Shown: positions 25,399 to 37,566, counted from the stretch's first letter. The stretch: 64,000 bases of DNA from Mytilus galloprovincialis (GCF_965363235.1 NC_134841.1:74653723-74717722); one strand, 5' to 3'. Notes: generated by a model from the sequence alone, not told the origin. Numbers and translations are program-made.

Positions 25399-26279
25399 CC
25401 CTTTCAACGCTATACACAGCATATGCCGCGATGACATACGCCGTCCGCCACTGCTATTCGCGGCATATGCCGCGATGACAACGGATTTTTCATCAGGACT
25501 CTTAAACCATTCGGTTTTCATTCAGGTCCTCTCTAATTTTTCCTTGTATGAATCGAGGATATGCAAGGTCTCATTTGCGCTTGAAATCCCGGCAATTTTT
25601 ATTGCAAAATCATGCAGTAGAAGGAAAATTGAAGGAAAATAAAAACAAATATTTTGACAAATGCAAATGGCGGAAATCGGAAACGAGGCTGTAAATATGG
25701 AAATATTTCAGCATTTCTATGGCGAAACTGACAACGAGGATTAGTTAAAAGGTTTCTTGTTATCTCAATGTGTTTATTACATTAAATTCGTGTGGAAAAT
25801 ATGATTTGATTGATCATTACGAGACGTAGAAAAAGGGGGGAAAACGGAGGTTGACTGAAAATTTTGAGGACGGAGCTACTGATTTGTGCCACGATTACAT
25901 AATACGTTGTGTATGGTGCAATACGCTACGGAATCGAGCAATTGGGTGTCTTCTTTATAATGTGGCAGATGAAACAACAAAATAGATGAAGACTAAAAGT
26001 AGTTTTTATTCAAAATTCAACACAAATGTAATAAATTACACCTTTTACCTGTTAATTACCTGAAAATGCAGGTAACCTGATAAAAATTTTACTGAAATAA
26101 CTGCCTAACATTACAGTTCATACTCTCCTGAGCATTTTTCATGCAATAACTTTCTCTGTATCTCTTATAATAAAAAAGATACAGCAGTTTGAAAAGGAAT
26201 ATACTGTTCTAATGAATGAACACAAAAAAATGCAGCAGCAGCAGCCATTTTTCTATTTTTTTGTGTAGCGTTGAAAGGG
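25399..26279. mobile_element. Non-autonomous piggyBac-like element (MITE) with TTAA target-site duplication
   Basis: TTAA (25395-25398) | ccctttcaacgctatacaca ... tgtgtagcgttgaaaggg | TTAA (26280-26283). Subterminal direct repeats gcatatgccgcgatgaca ×2. No transposase ORF. Confidence 0.55.
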
Positions 26280-26589
26280 TTAATTTATATTTTTTTCCCT
26301 TGCCGATGATGTTACCAGAAATTTTTATGCATAATGGTAAAATGTACTCTCTCTTTTAAACATTAAACTAGAGGCTCTTAAGAGCCTGTGTTGCTCACCT
26401 TGGTCTATGTGCATATTAATTAAACTAAAGATACAGATGGATTAATGACAAAATTGTGTTTTGGTGATGGTGATGTGTTTGTAGATCTTACTTTACTGAA
26501 CATTCTTGCTACTTACAATTATCTCTATCTATAATGAACATGACCCATTAGCATGATTAGTTACAGAGGAAATTATTTTGTTAAAATTT

Positions 26590-27120
26590 ACAAAAATTTA
26601 CAAAATTTATGAAAATTGAGTGTAAAGGGCAATAACTCTTCAAGGGGTCAACTGACCATTTTGGTCAAGCTGACTTATTTGTAGATCTTACTTTGCTGAA
26701 CATTATTGCTGTTTAGTTTATCTCTATCTGTAATAATATTCAAGATGACCAAAAACAGCAAAATTTCCTTAAAATTGCCAATTCAGGGGCAGCAACCCAA
26801 CAACCAGTTGTCTGATTCGTCTTAAAATTTCAGGGCAGATAGATCTAGACTTGATAAACAATTTGATCCATGTCAGATTTGCTCTAAATGCTTTGGTTTC
26901 AGAGTTATAAGCCAAATCTATATTTTACCCCCTATGTTCTATTTTTAGCCATGGCGGCCATCTTGGTTGGTTGGCCAGGTCACCACACACATTTGTTAAA
27001 CTATATATCCCAAGGATGATTGTGGCAAAGTTTGGTTAAATTTGGCCCAGTAGTTTAGAGGAAAAGATTTTTGTAAAAGTTAATGACGACAGATGCCAAG
27101 TGATAAAAAAAATTGACGGA
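26590..27120 (+). repeat. Additional copy of the composite interspersed repeat seen at 18075-19140
   Basis: ctttgctgaacattattgctgtttag...ggcagcaacccaacaac...tttagccatggcggccatcttggttgg...gattgtggcaaagtttggttaaatttggccc...gacgacagatgccaagtgat. Confidence 0.55.
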
Positions 27121-27920
27121 TTTTGACGAATTACATTTAATTTTCTAAATAATAACAGTAAAGATAATTATTTGAGACCTCTGACTAATAACAATTAGGA
27201 TATTTCAACAAATCACATGACATTTTTAACCAATTTGACAGTAACGGTAGCTGAAAATAACAGTTTGCAGCTTGACGATAAATTAAGGGCATTATTTCCT
27301 ACCCCCTTTATAAATGCGAAGACAGTATATTACCCTATAAGGAGCACATACAACACAACTGCACATCATTACAACATTTCCAACAAAATAAGCTTTTAAT
27401 TATAAAGTGAGCCTTTAGCAGTTATGTGTCCAGTTAATACAAATAAAGCACATGTATACCTGTAAATTATATGAATCAAAACTAATCAGGTATAATTTAT
27501 ATAAAAAAAAATACGTTGTCAATATCAGCGAATAATTGATTTACCAATAATGTTTTGAATTATAGCCAATGGGTTATTAATCCAATCATCACCAATACCA
27601 GGCATTTTTGTCTATAGTAGCAATCAACAAAATACTGAGGGACAGGAACAATGTGATGAGAAATGGCGGGAAATTAAATGGACATTCTAGAACATAAACA
27701 GCAAACCCGTAATCAACGAAATTCTTTGACAACAATGATATCATAAATTGATCGTTCTTTTTTATTTTCAATATTTAACATTTTTTTTAAATCATAAACT
27801 TGTTACAAGTATACGATTGTATTCTAAAACATGATATATTCGAGAATCAAAATATAAATAATGATTTGTTTTCTTCACTCGGAACTTCTCGGCTGGTTCC
27901 ATCCAACATATGCGAGATGC

Positions 27921-28033
27921 GGAGTGACCCGAATGTTTTGGTCTCACTAGTCAGCGACAATCAGAATTCTAGCGACAAGAAGCGTCAAGAAGCGACAAAG
28001 AGAATTATTTTAGCGACAAGAAGCGACAAGAAA
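27921..28033. repeat. Left member of a ~100-bp inverted-repeat pair (partner at 31385-31474), rich in the gcgacaag motif
   Basis: 27940-28030 (tctcactagtcagcgacaa...agcgacaagaagcgtcaagaagcgacaa...ttttagcgacaag) is the reverse complement of 31385-31465. Confidence 0.5.
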
Positions 28034-28284
28034 CTATTAAGCGAAAGAATATCTTTTTTAATCAAAATTACTTATTCCAAATAAATATTAAAAAAGAATA
28101 TGCAAAAGAAAACAATTTTAGCAACAAGAAAGCTAACATTCATTTGATAGAAAAAAATTGAAACATTTATTTACATGATATATTTGATAATCCCATTCTA
28201 AAGCATTCAAAGCCTCATTTATAACCGTTGACATGTTCCCCTACGACTATGTTCATTGACTTTGGTACTAAACAAAACAAAATA

Positions 28285-29204
28285 GGCACTGGCTACGGTT
28301 ACATGGAAATGTAACAATAATAAAAATGTTATTGTTACATTGGAGACTAATTGCCGGAATGCAAAGTTGGGTGAGGAACCGATTAATTACAAATGTAACA
28401 ATAATTACTGAGGCTACGGTTACATTACATTATTGTTACATGAAAAACAGCAATGTACGCTAGATTGATTAAACTTAAATCTTCTATAGTTGTATTGCTT
28501 CATTCTTTCATATGTACTAAACAATACTAGTCTTGTAATTTAATACTAATAAATAATCAAATATTATTATTCAACAAATGGTGTACAACTTGAATAGTTT
28601 TACTACGTATTTATGGTTTTGATGTTCTTAAAGATACTACTCAAGATTAGGAGTGTAACTGTCAAAGGCGAAAAATATAGTTCAATGGTTTCACTTTTTT
28701 AAAGTATTTAACTGCACACCTACTCTTATTACTGTCATTATACTTTGGGCCAATTTTATTTATGGTGAAAAAAATAAAACTTGGGATGCGTTTTAAACCA
28801 AACTGAAACAATATCAAGACAGACATTTCATACAGCTTTATAACTTGACGCAAATTGATAATCAAAAGCAAAGTTTGCTAACTGTAACTTAAATACTAAG
28901 AAATTCTGTATGTACACGTATCCGTGGAGGACGTTATTTCGTTCATCAAAAATGTGTCGGACTTTAAGAATAACTTGTGTTATAAATTTATGTAATAAAT
29001 GTCCTCAACTTTTATTATTTAGTACATATTACTAGTCCCATCGTACATTGCTTTTTTCATGTAACAATAACGCAATGTAACCGTAGCCTCAATAATTATT
29101 GTTAAATTCGTAATTAAACAGGTCCTTACCCAACCATGCATTCCAGCATTTAGTCCGAGGCTCCAATATTATTGTTACATTTCCATGTAACCGTAGCCAG
29201 TGCC
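28285..29204. mobile_element. hAT-like long-TIR MITE (~170-bp TIRs) with 8-bp TSD AACAAAAT
   Basis: 28285-28460 is the reverse complement of 29040-29204 (ggcactggctacggttacatggaaatgtaacaataat...). The flanks aacaaaat|a and |aacaaaat are duplicated. Confidence 0.55.
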
Positions 29205-29649
29205 AACAAAATATGCATTTATATATTATAGTGCACAAAAAAATAATTTATATGTTGTGTTTCTCAAGTTTTATTCTCGCTATTTTAAATTCATAGTACG
29301 TTTTCACAAGCAGGGAATTTAAAATATTTAAAGGAATCACTAATTCCAGAGAAATATGTCTGTTAGTTAATACATAATGTCAGTTTATATATAAAAAAAA
29401 AATCAACCAAATACTGTTCATTTATAATGAAGACTTCAGAATAAAGTAAATGTTAGTTATTCGCCGGTTGTCATGTTCATGGTGAATGAAAAAAAAAGTT
29501 AAAAATCATTCAATAAGTAATTTCAAGACCTTCGAAGGAATACACCACTAAAACAAGTGCCGTGTTACACTTTACATGTAGCATATGTTTTTCTCCTAGT
29601 TTATCCTGAAATTCGTTTGTTCAATCAATATATTTAAATATTGGATAAA

Positions 29650-30490
29650 AGTATTGAATAATAACAATTGTATATTACATGGTTGTTACAATTATTTATA
29701 TGATATGTGTTTAAAGAATCCAAATGACAAAAATAACTGGGTTTGTACTATACGAAAGGAATTGTTCCATCTTGGTTTAAATGATTTGTGGTATTCACAA
29801 AATTCTTTATGTAAAGATCATATTATTGTTATTAAACAGAGACTTTGTGATATTGTCAAACATTAGTTTGATGCTACTTTAGAAAGTTCATCAAAATGTT
29901 TTTTGTATAGATATATGATATCCAATTTTTCTTTGCAGTCATATTTGTGTAAACCCATACCCGATATTTATAAAAAAGTGTATTGTTAAATTTAGATTGT
30001 CATCACATAATCTAGCTATAGAGAAGGGAAGGTATTCCAATGTTAATAGAAACCTTAGAACCTGTACATTGTGTATTGATGATATTGAGGATGAAATGCA
30101 TTTTATTTTATCATGTCCATTATATTCTAATCTGCGTGAATGTTTGATTAAACCATATTATTGGCGTAAGCCATCTGTTTATAAACTGTTACAATTATTA
30201 AGCACTACTAATATAAAAGACTTGTGCAACTTGGGAAAATATATATTTAGAGCACTGAAGCTCAGAAATGACTGTTTTTAGTAAAATGTTTTGTAATTCA
30301 TTTGTTACAAATATTTGCTATTTGGAATTATATTTATATGTATTTATATTTTGTGTATTTAAAACTTCTGTCTGTTTTGTCATGATCGTATATTTAAAAA
30401 AAAATTGTAATATATATTTAGTATATATTGATTATACATGTACCTATATGTTGTAAAACATTTGGTTAATAAAGAATTGAATTGAATCCA
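29650..30490 (+). mobile_element. 5'-truncated non-LTR retrotransposon (LINE) 3' fragment: ORF2 C-terminal tail plus 3' UTR
   Basis: ORF 29997..30281 reads SSHNLAIEKGRYSNVNRNLRTCTLCIDDIEDEMHFILSCPLYSNLRE, the conserved Cys/His tail of LINE ORF2. ORF 29654..29866 lies upstream in a different frame. The 3' end is aattgaattgaatcc. Confidence 0.45.
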
Positions 30491-31384
30491 GCTGTCATTT
30501 TGTGGTGATTATCTATAATTCGTTGATTCGTGACCTACAACCAAATAAATGATAATCACAAAACTTATTACAAATAAACCTTAATATTTTCGTTTTTTTT
30601 CTTCTGTATTGAACATTTTGTACAGGTTTCTTTTATCCACCGAGCCAACTATATTAGAGTGTTACCTATGGCTTGGAAATATATTGGGAGCCATTAAAGA
30701 TTTGAGATGGCTTTCTGCTGGGAACAGTATGTCAATATATATATGTTCCTGCTTTCTGTAACTGTTCTGCGGAAAGTCAGGAAACTGACTTTTCATTGGT
30801 TGTCTATTAAATGTGATACCTTCACGTATTTTGTTATTTTTATAGCTTTGAGTATAGATATAGTAAGGCATATAATTACCATTATTATGATAAAATAACA
30901 TTGAACAGCAGCTATTTTTAACGATTTTTTCTTGTTCAAATTGTAAAAACCTTTATAGCTTCAGGGGTGCTATGCCCCCCTGACCCACTGCCTCGGTATA
31001 AACAGAAGGCAAGTTACGCCACTGGCAATAAAACAAGGGACACGCGTCGCGCCTCGTTAATCTCATTTGATGTTCTACATTGTGTATTACCTTAGGGTGA
31101 AGCCACACTAGCTAACGTTGGTCCTATCAGGAAAAATGAATTGAACAGTTAGAAAGGAAACAATATTTCATGTTTTTGTTTCAATAAATCCTTCAAAGGA
31201 AAGTGAAAAATCTTTGTTTATAAATATTTTCATTTTATAGCGTGTGCATTTCCTTTGCTCTTACAAATATTTAATTTCTTCATCTATCAATTAATATAAT
31301 AATAAAAAAAATCAATTTATTTCTGCCCGTATATCAAAAAAGACTAAATGCATATTTTCTTTATATTTAATAAAAAAAAAATGT

Positions 31385-31474
31385 TTTCTTGTCGCTAAAA
31401 TTATTCTTCTTGACGCTTCTTGTCGCTTCTTGACGCTTCTTGTCGCTAATTAGTGAGACCCGAATGTTTTGTTT
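31385..31474. repeat. Right member of the inverted-repeat pair (partner at 27921-28033)
   Basis: Reverse-complement match to 27940-28030. It lies immediately upstream of a candidate TEP1 non-coding exon. Confidence 0.5.
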
Positions 31475-31479
31475 GGACT

Positions 31480-31569
31480 ACGACTTTTGGTTTAGGAAAA
31501 TGTCCTGTCAGCACTAGTTCGATGGTGAAATCGTTGTGAAATACCGGCTTTCTTGATTCTTCTAACCAG
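31480..31569 (+). other. TEP1: Candidate non-coding first exon (5' UTR) of TEP1, ending at donor CAG|gtaaat
   Basis: A strong donor sits at 31570. The next exon has an acceptor (tttcag at 32239-32244) 9 nt before the ATG, implying an upstream exon. There is no direct evidence for the TSS. Confidence 0.2.
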
Positions 31570-32253
31570 GTAAATATGATATGCTCTTTATAGGAGTAGC
31601 TGCTATGACGTTTTAGTTTAAAATTGTACTACTGAAGCACATATTAGCTATTACTAGTTGTTAGCTATATATTTACAGTTGATTTTGTAGTGGGTGAGTA
31701 TCTTTTGCTTGTTTGTTGACTATTGAAAAGTGTAAAATCAGACCTGAAGAATGACTATTTTCAATTTAAAAGAATATATTTATGCAAGAAATAAGTTATG
31801 GATAAACGTCAATTAGCACATAAGACAACAATTTTCCCTCAAATTTGTTGTCAATTATAATTTATATACATGTATAATATTTGTACAGGAACAGGAGGAT
31901 CTATAGGTATATGTATGCCTATAAGCATTACGCATTAATAGGTCAATTTCTGCTACCATTAATTTAGGCTAGTGTTAAAATCGTTGATATTTTACTGTTT
32001 ATTCTTCAAAATCTCCTTATCATTATTCATCAGCGAGGGTAAATCTGTGTCCCATTGACACATTCTCCATTTATTTATTTATGGTACAACATCAATATGA
32101 AAACCATGGCATGTCTTTCACGCCAGGAGCAGTAGTTTTTTTGCTATAACTGTAAACCAGGCAATACATGTTTCTCGGGTAACAGTTATATTAAAAAACA
32201 GAACAAATATTAATAGAACATTATTTGTAAATTTTCTGTTTCAGAAATAGAAA

Positions 32254-32368
32254 ATGTTGTCAACTGACAGAAACAAACTCCTAATGGGAGACAACAAGTC
32301 TATGTTATCAGCTAATTCATCATTAATGTCGAAATGGTCTCTAAAGACAGAATTGACATCACAAACTG
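32254..32368 (+). CDS. TEP1: TEP1 (telomerase-associated / vault protein 1) coding exon 1, ATG at 32254
   Basis: MLSTDRNKLLMGDNKSMLSANSSLMSKWSLKTELTSQT. In-frame TAG 6 nt upstream. Donor G|gtatgt. Phase-compatible with the next exon. Confidence 0.6.
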
Positions 32369-33236
32369 GTATGTTTTTATTTTACAATAAAAATTTAAGT
32401 AGCATGAATTATCCTTTAAGAATGTTTTGATGATTAAAAGGAGATGTGAGATAAAAGTCAATAATACAGAAACCTGCCAACACAAAAACTCAGTAAGATA
32501 CATAGATGTCAACACACTGTCACTAGTCTAGTGTTTATACATTGTTTCTTTGAGCTATGAATTGAACAGTAAAGAGTCTAGAAAGCATTTTGCATTTCAA
32601 ACTAAGAATAACCAAGAACTCAAAATTTTCTAGCACACAATGACAAGATCATTAAAATTTAATTGAAGGCAACCAATTACAGTTGTGACAATGTTCCTAA
32701 TTTTGTGCACATGTATTATTATAAAGATAATGTTTTTCTGTAAATTTGAATATAATTATTAAAAATTATGTTACATTGATAATGTGATGACAGAGAACAG
32801 GTCTTGTATCCAGGGAACTCCAAATGCTTACTTTTTGAAATGTTTGATGGTAAAAAAAAAGTTTTAGTGTTGAAACTCAAATTTGTATGTAAATCTCTCA
32901 TCTCTAACATAAAAAAAAATCAGGAAATATCTGTCATATGTATGTAGCTGACAGAATTTCAGAAGAACAACACTAAAAAGATCTTAATAGAAAAAAAGGT
33001 TATTGGGATGACATAAAATTAGAACAAGCACACCAAAAATAAAGTCAAAGTAACAGCTCTTTTATTGCTGTTCTTCAACTCAAGAGTTATAATTAAATGT
33101 TACTGTTGATTAGAAAGTTAAGATATTTCAGTGTGTTCTGGTCATGAATACAAGGAGTAAATAACTTATATAACACTTTTCTGTGTAAATGTAAACAACA
33201 TAGCTTTTTATAGTAAACTGATACCTCTTTTTTCAG

Positions 33237-33982
33237 GTTTAGGCCTAACAGCAGGATTGGTAAAAATGGAGAAGCCATCTTCTGTGACAACATCAGGAAG
33301 AAGCAGGCTTGACCAAACTTCTTCAAACATTGGCAGAAATACTACATCTTCAGCGTTACACAATACATTACTTGGACCAACAAAGTCAAGTTTTTCATTG
33401 TCAGGAACCCCAGGATTGACATCAAATTTGACCAGCAATTTGACCACATCATCCAATTTGTCCAGTAGACTTGGTCTGTCATCGGGTTTAAGTAGCAGAC
33501 TTGGACCATCGTCTAATTTAACAAGCAGTCTTCTGACAAAGCCTGACCAATCAAAACTTAGCTCATTAAGAAGCAATGATACTAGATCTGAGCAAACTTC
33601 CTCCATGTTTAGGGAAAATTTACAATCTAATTTACTGAAGTCGACCTCACCTCTTGTCACGATAAAAATAGAACCAGTCACATCCTTTAGTTCTAGCAGT
33701 TACTCAACTCAAAGTACATTATCAAGGCAATTGAGCTCAGATAAAAAGGAGACAACCAAAAGAAAGAGTAATGATCGGGCTGCAATCAAATCAAGAAAGA
33801 AGATGGTGAATAGTGATGGGAAAGTTACTACAATTACTAGATATGAAGTCAAACCACCGCAGTATAAATTAGAAATAGACATTAAAGACAAAGGAATAGA
33901 TATACCAGACTTTGTATCACCAGCGCAGGATCCAAGTTTGAAACCTATTTCTAAACCATTACATGATGTGAATGGGATAAAG
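33237..33982 (+). CDS. TEP1: TEP1 coding exon 2: long Ser/Thr-rich, internally repetitive exon
   Basis: Open frame of 248 codons (...LTSNLTSNLTTSSNLSSRLGLSSGLSSRLGPSSNLTSSLL...), matching ORF 33257..34042. Acceptor ttttcag, donor AAG|gtatta. Human TEP1 has repeats in the analogous position. Confidence 0.7.
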
Positions 33983-34408
33983 GTATTAATTTCTCCACAA
34001 TATCTGGTGTTGAAATCAGACATATTTTGGCATTTGCCATAAGGGATCATTCAAATTATCATCCACTGGCCCTTTTTTAAATGTTTAAGGATTCTACACA
34101 CGTCAGGTTGAGTTGGTTGATACTGACTTTTATCTTTCTTAACATCTATGACAGACAATTTTAAAGTTGCAAACTTGCAACTCAATCACTTAAGTATGGT
34201 TGTTCCAATTAAATGAATCCTGTTAAAGTTATTTGCCTGAAAAATGAACTGTTCATTCAGCAAATTGGTTTTGTAAAAATTTTTGCTACAAACACTAACT
34301 ATAAATTGAAAAGAAAAATATAAGTAATTCTATTATTCTTAAGCTTGTGTTTTTTATGTGACGAAAAAAGTCATTGCTCAACATGCATGTTTAATTTTAT
34401 TATTTAAG

Positions 34409-34543
34409 CTTGGTTTCATCAATGCTGTTAGTGGATCACTTATTTGCCAACCAGATTTTAGAAATTCAGTAGACAATACTAGAATAACACTATCAAACAT
34501 GGCAAAGAAGTTGGTTGTTTATGATCCAGAGTTTGTATTGAAG
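34409..34543 (+). CDS. TEP1: TEP1 coding exon 3 (start of TROVE region)
   Basis: LGFINAVSGSLICQPDFRNSVDNTRITLSNMAKKLVVYDPEFVLK aligns with human LSLLCSTLVSEVNMNNTSDPTLAAIFEICRELALLEPEFILK. Confidence 0.8.
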
Positions 34544-34810
34544 GTAAGTTCATATTTGACATTTTTTATCCTGCACAGAGCCTCAATGGGGGATATTGCT
34601 GTAAGGCATTGATTGTGCTTAGTCCATCTGTCTGTCGAGTATGCTTTTTATGATAATTTTTTTTAAAAACCAACAGAATTTTAATGGTGGTTTATGATGA
34701 TACAAATTTGTAAATCTTGAAAGAATGTTTAGATGAAAACATCTTTTTTAGCCTAGCCAAAACTGTTGCTTAAATTTATTTGATTATTTTTATTTGTACA
34801 TTTGTTGTAG

Positions 34811-34972
34811 GTTGCACTTTATACCAGAAAGCAACTTAACATAAGAACAACAGCAAACTTTCTGTTAGCCATGGCAGCTAATATTGATTTGTGCAGACCG
34901 TTCTTAAAGAAATACTACTGTGCCTCTATAAGTTTACCATCAGACTGGATAGAAGTAGCCGAAATATATCAG
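34811..34972 (+). CDS. TEP1: TEP1 coding exon 4 (TROVE domain)
   Basis: VALYTRKQLNIRTTANFLLAMAANIDLCRPFLKKYYCASISLPSDWIEVAEIYQ aligns with human ASLYARQQLNVRNVANNILAIAAFLPACRPHLRRYFCAIVQLPSDWIQVAELYQ. Confidence 0.9.
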
Positions 34973-35824
34973 GTTAGTTCTGGTATGGTTACCAAAGGGA
35001 GATAATTTAGTTTGTGAATGTAGGGTAATTGTCATGATTGAAAAATTGTGGATGTTATGCCAAAAAAAAACTTTGCCAATTTGTCATACACCTTCTTTTT
35101 CCCACCTGAATTTGCCACTGAATTCTTTATTTTAAAGAATTAGAAGAAAGGTTTTCGAAAAGAAAAAAATATCAATTAAAGAAAAGACTTATTATAACAA
35201 TAAGAATGGTATAATTGCCAATGAGACAACTCTCCACAAGATAGAAGATGACACCAAAATTAACAACTATGCATGAAATAAAATTGAGAATGGAATGGTG
35301 AATGTGTCGAAGAGACAACAACCCGACTAAAGAGCAAAAAAACGGCTGAAGGCCACCAATGGTTCTTCAACACAGCCAGAAAAGTTTTTTTTATGAAATT
35401 GAACTGATGTCTGAATATTCAGTAAATCATAACAATAAAGAATGTACAAATCTTCAGTTTTATCTGTATTTTGGAAATTATATTATATATAGTTGTGATA
35501 TACATTTGTAACATGTATAGTAAAACATGTACGCTGATGTTTTAATTCAAACATTAAATATTAACTGTGTATAAATATAGATTCTACTACTGCATCAAGT
35601 GTGATACAATATTTATCCATTCAAGACAGTTAAATTTTCAAATTTGAAACACCATTTTGATCAAGAAATAACTGAGATCAAACAAGTCACTTGTGATTAA
35701 ATCAAAATAATCAACAAGTCATGAAAGGGATAAAATGAGTAAGAATTAGAGAAACTGTCTTATCATATTTCAGTTTCACAGTGTGCAGGTTTTAACATAA
35801 ATGTATTGTGTTTTATCTCTTCAG

Positions 35825-35921
35825 GCTTTCCATGACAGACATTTGACACAAGGGGCGTTACCCTCAGCGTTAAGAAGAGTTATGATGACTAAATTTCCTG
35901 ACTTTGATGAATACCAGCTTG
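35825..35921 (+). CDS. TEP1: TEP1 coding exon 5
   Basis: AFHDRHLTQGALPSALRRVMMTKFPDFDEYQL aligns with human SLAEGDKNKLVPLPACLRTAMTDKFAQFDEYQL. Confidence 0.85.
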
Positions 35922-36999
35922 GTAAGAAAAACATTTTGCTTTTGATATCTGTTACATTTTCAGAGCATTTATGTTTAAACTCAAAAGGCAATAGAAGGCC
36001 ATTTCAGTGACTGCCTTTTATTTTGTGTGACTGTAAAAATGTCACATGTATGTCACATGTATGCTAAACTGGTTTGATTGATAGATTATTGGTGTTTTAA
36101 CTTTACTTTTAACTGCAGCCACTTTTGGCCAATTTCATGGTGGCAAGTTTTAATTGGTGGAGGAAACAGATTCCCCGGCTTTGATAGGAAAATACACTGG
36201 TCGGAACATTTGAAAATTGAAACTACAAATGTATTTGTATAAACTATCTATTTCTGATGGTTGAAAATTGGGTAAAAGGGGAGATAATTATATTTTGACA
36301 GAGAAAATTGCTATATATAGGTAGACAGAGGGGCTTCCATATTCATGCTGGATAGTGTCTGATCTGGAGATAAAAGCATCCAAGTTACTTAAGTACAATT
36401 AACAGAAGGAAAACTTCTATTGCTGTAAATAGTTCAATGGTACTTCTACTGGTACTAGAAATATGTGCTATTTATTCCATTATTACTAATTAATAAAGGA
36501 ATAAGACTTTATTTTACGAAAACAGATATTTTTTTAGTATTCAAGATATATATACAGGGTTAGATACTTGATGTCTTACTTACTTATGCTCTGTTGTATT
36601 TCTTCAAATTTTCTGTATTTATGTGCTTTGGAATGTGGGGGAAAAGGGGGGGGGGGGCTACTTCTGTCTAGTTATTCTGTTGAATTACATTAAGTTTATA
36701 AAGTTCTATAAAATTATTTATTATATACTTAGTAGTAAATACAGATAAATTGTATGTGTAATACAATCATTTGCAAGCGTGCTGTATCAGTCACCCGTGA
36801 TGATATCGATATCAGCACGGTTGCAAAAGCTTTATCACACCTTTAATCTGTATGATGTCACGTCATAGATTGCATCATTGCAGTCACTGTTGCAAAGGCT
36901 TTCAAATCCCTAATCTGTATGACAGCATGTCAAACCTATAATCTGTATGACGTCATGTTACATAAAAACATCTACTTGAGGTATATGTATATAATAAAG

Positions 37000-37135
37000 T
37001 GTATATGATATGGCTTTTTCGATATCACACACCATATTAACCCTCAACCAATATAATCCCTTGAGCAGAGCTCTTGGGATTATATTGGTGTGTGTTTCGG
37101 GTTGATACGGATGCGATACTGAAAAAGCCATATGA
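37000..37135. repeat. Near-perfect ~135-bp palindrome (foldback element) in the TEP1 intron
   Basis: catatgatatggctttttcgatatcacacaccatattaaccc...gggttgatacggatgcgatactgaaaaagccatatgatat, with centre caatataatcccttgagcagagctcttgggattatattgg. Confidence 0.45.
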
Positions 37136-37258
37136 TATTCTCTATGTATAAATTTCACAATACTCAATATAAGGATTTTGACAAATATTCATGCCTTAAC
37201 TTCTAAAAAAGTGCATGGAGCATTTCGAGAATGATTTATTTCTTAATTTTACTTGCAG

Positions 37259-37566
37259 CCAAGTATAATAAAGAAAGTTCTAGGAAGAAGAAAAAGAAGA
37301 AGGATAGACAAAAGAAGGAGAATGAAGGTGATGGATCAGCTGTAATAGGAGGTATGGTTGGCAGAGGAGGTTTGTTTGGCAGAGGAGGTTTGATTGGCAG
37401 AGGAGGTAGAGGTCGTGGTAGAGGTAATGCACCTAGAGGAGGTTTTAGTAGAGGAGGTAGGGGAGCTAGATTTGGCAGTTTTTTACCCCCACAACCAAAT
37501 GACAGCTCATCAGATTCTTCGGATTCTTCGGATGAGGAAGAAGAAGAATCCAAGATGAAAAGACAG
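37259..37566 (+). CDS. TEP1: TEP1 coding exon 6: basic stretch, RGG/GAR-rich stretch, then an acidic Ser-rich stretch
   Basis: (A)KYNKESSRKKKKKKDRQKKENEG...GMVGRGGLFGRGGLIGRGGRGRGRGNAPRGGFSRGGRGARFG...DSSSDSSDSSDEEEEESKMKRQ. The start aligns with human AKYNPRKHRAKRHPRR. The RGG block has no human counterpart. Confidence 0.75.

Noticed and set aside
33208-33681. 157-aa minus-strand ORF
   Set aside because: It is antisense to the Ser/Thr-rich TEP1 exon 2, and the low-complexity composition keeps the reverse frame open.
37236-37553. Minus-strand ORF encoding a proline-rich peptide (PLPPLLKPPLG...)
   Set aside because: It is antisense to the RGG-rich TEP1 exon 6, and the G-rich codons read as Pro on the opposite strand. 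The same applies to ORFs 41926..42156 and 42014..42202, which are antisense to the (RG)n tract.
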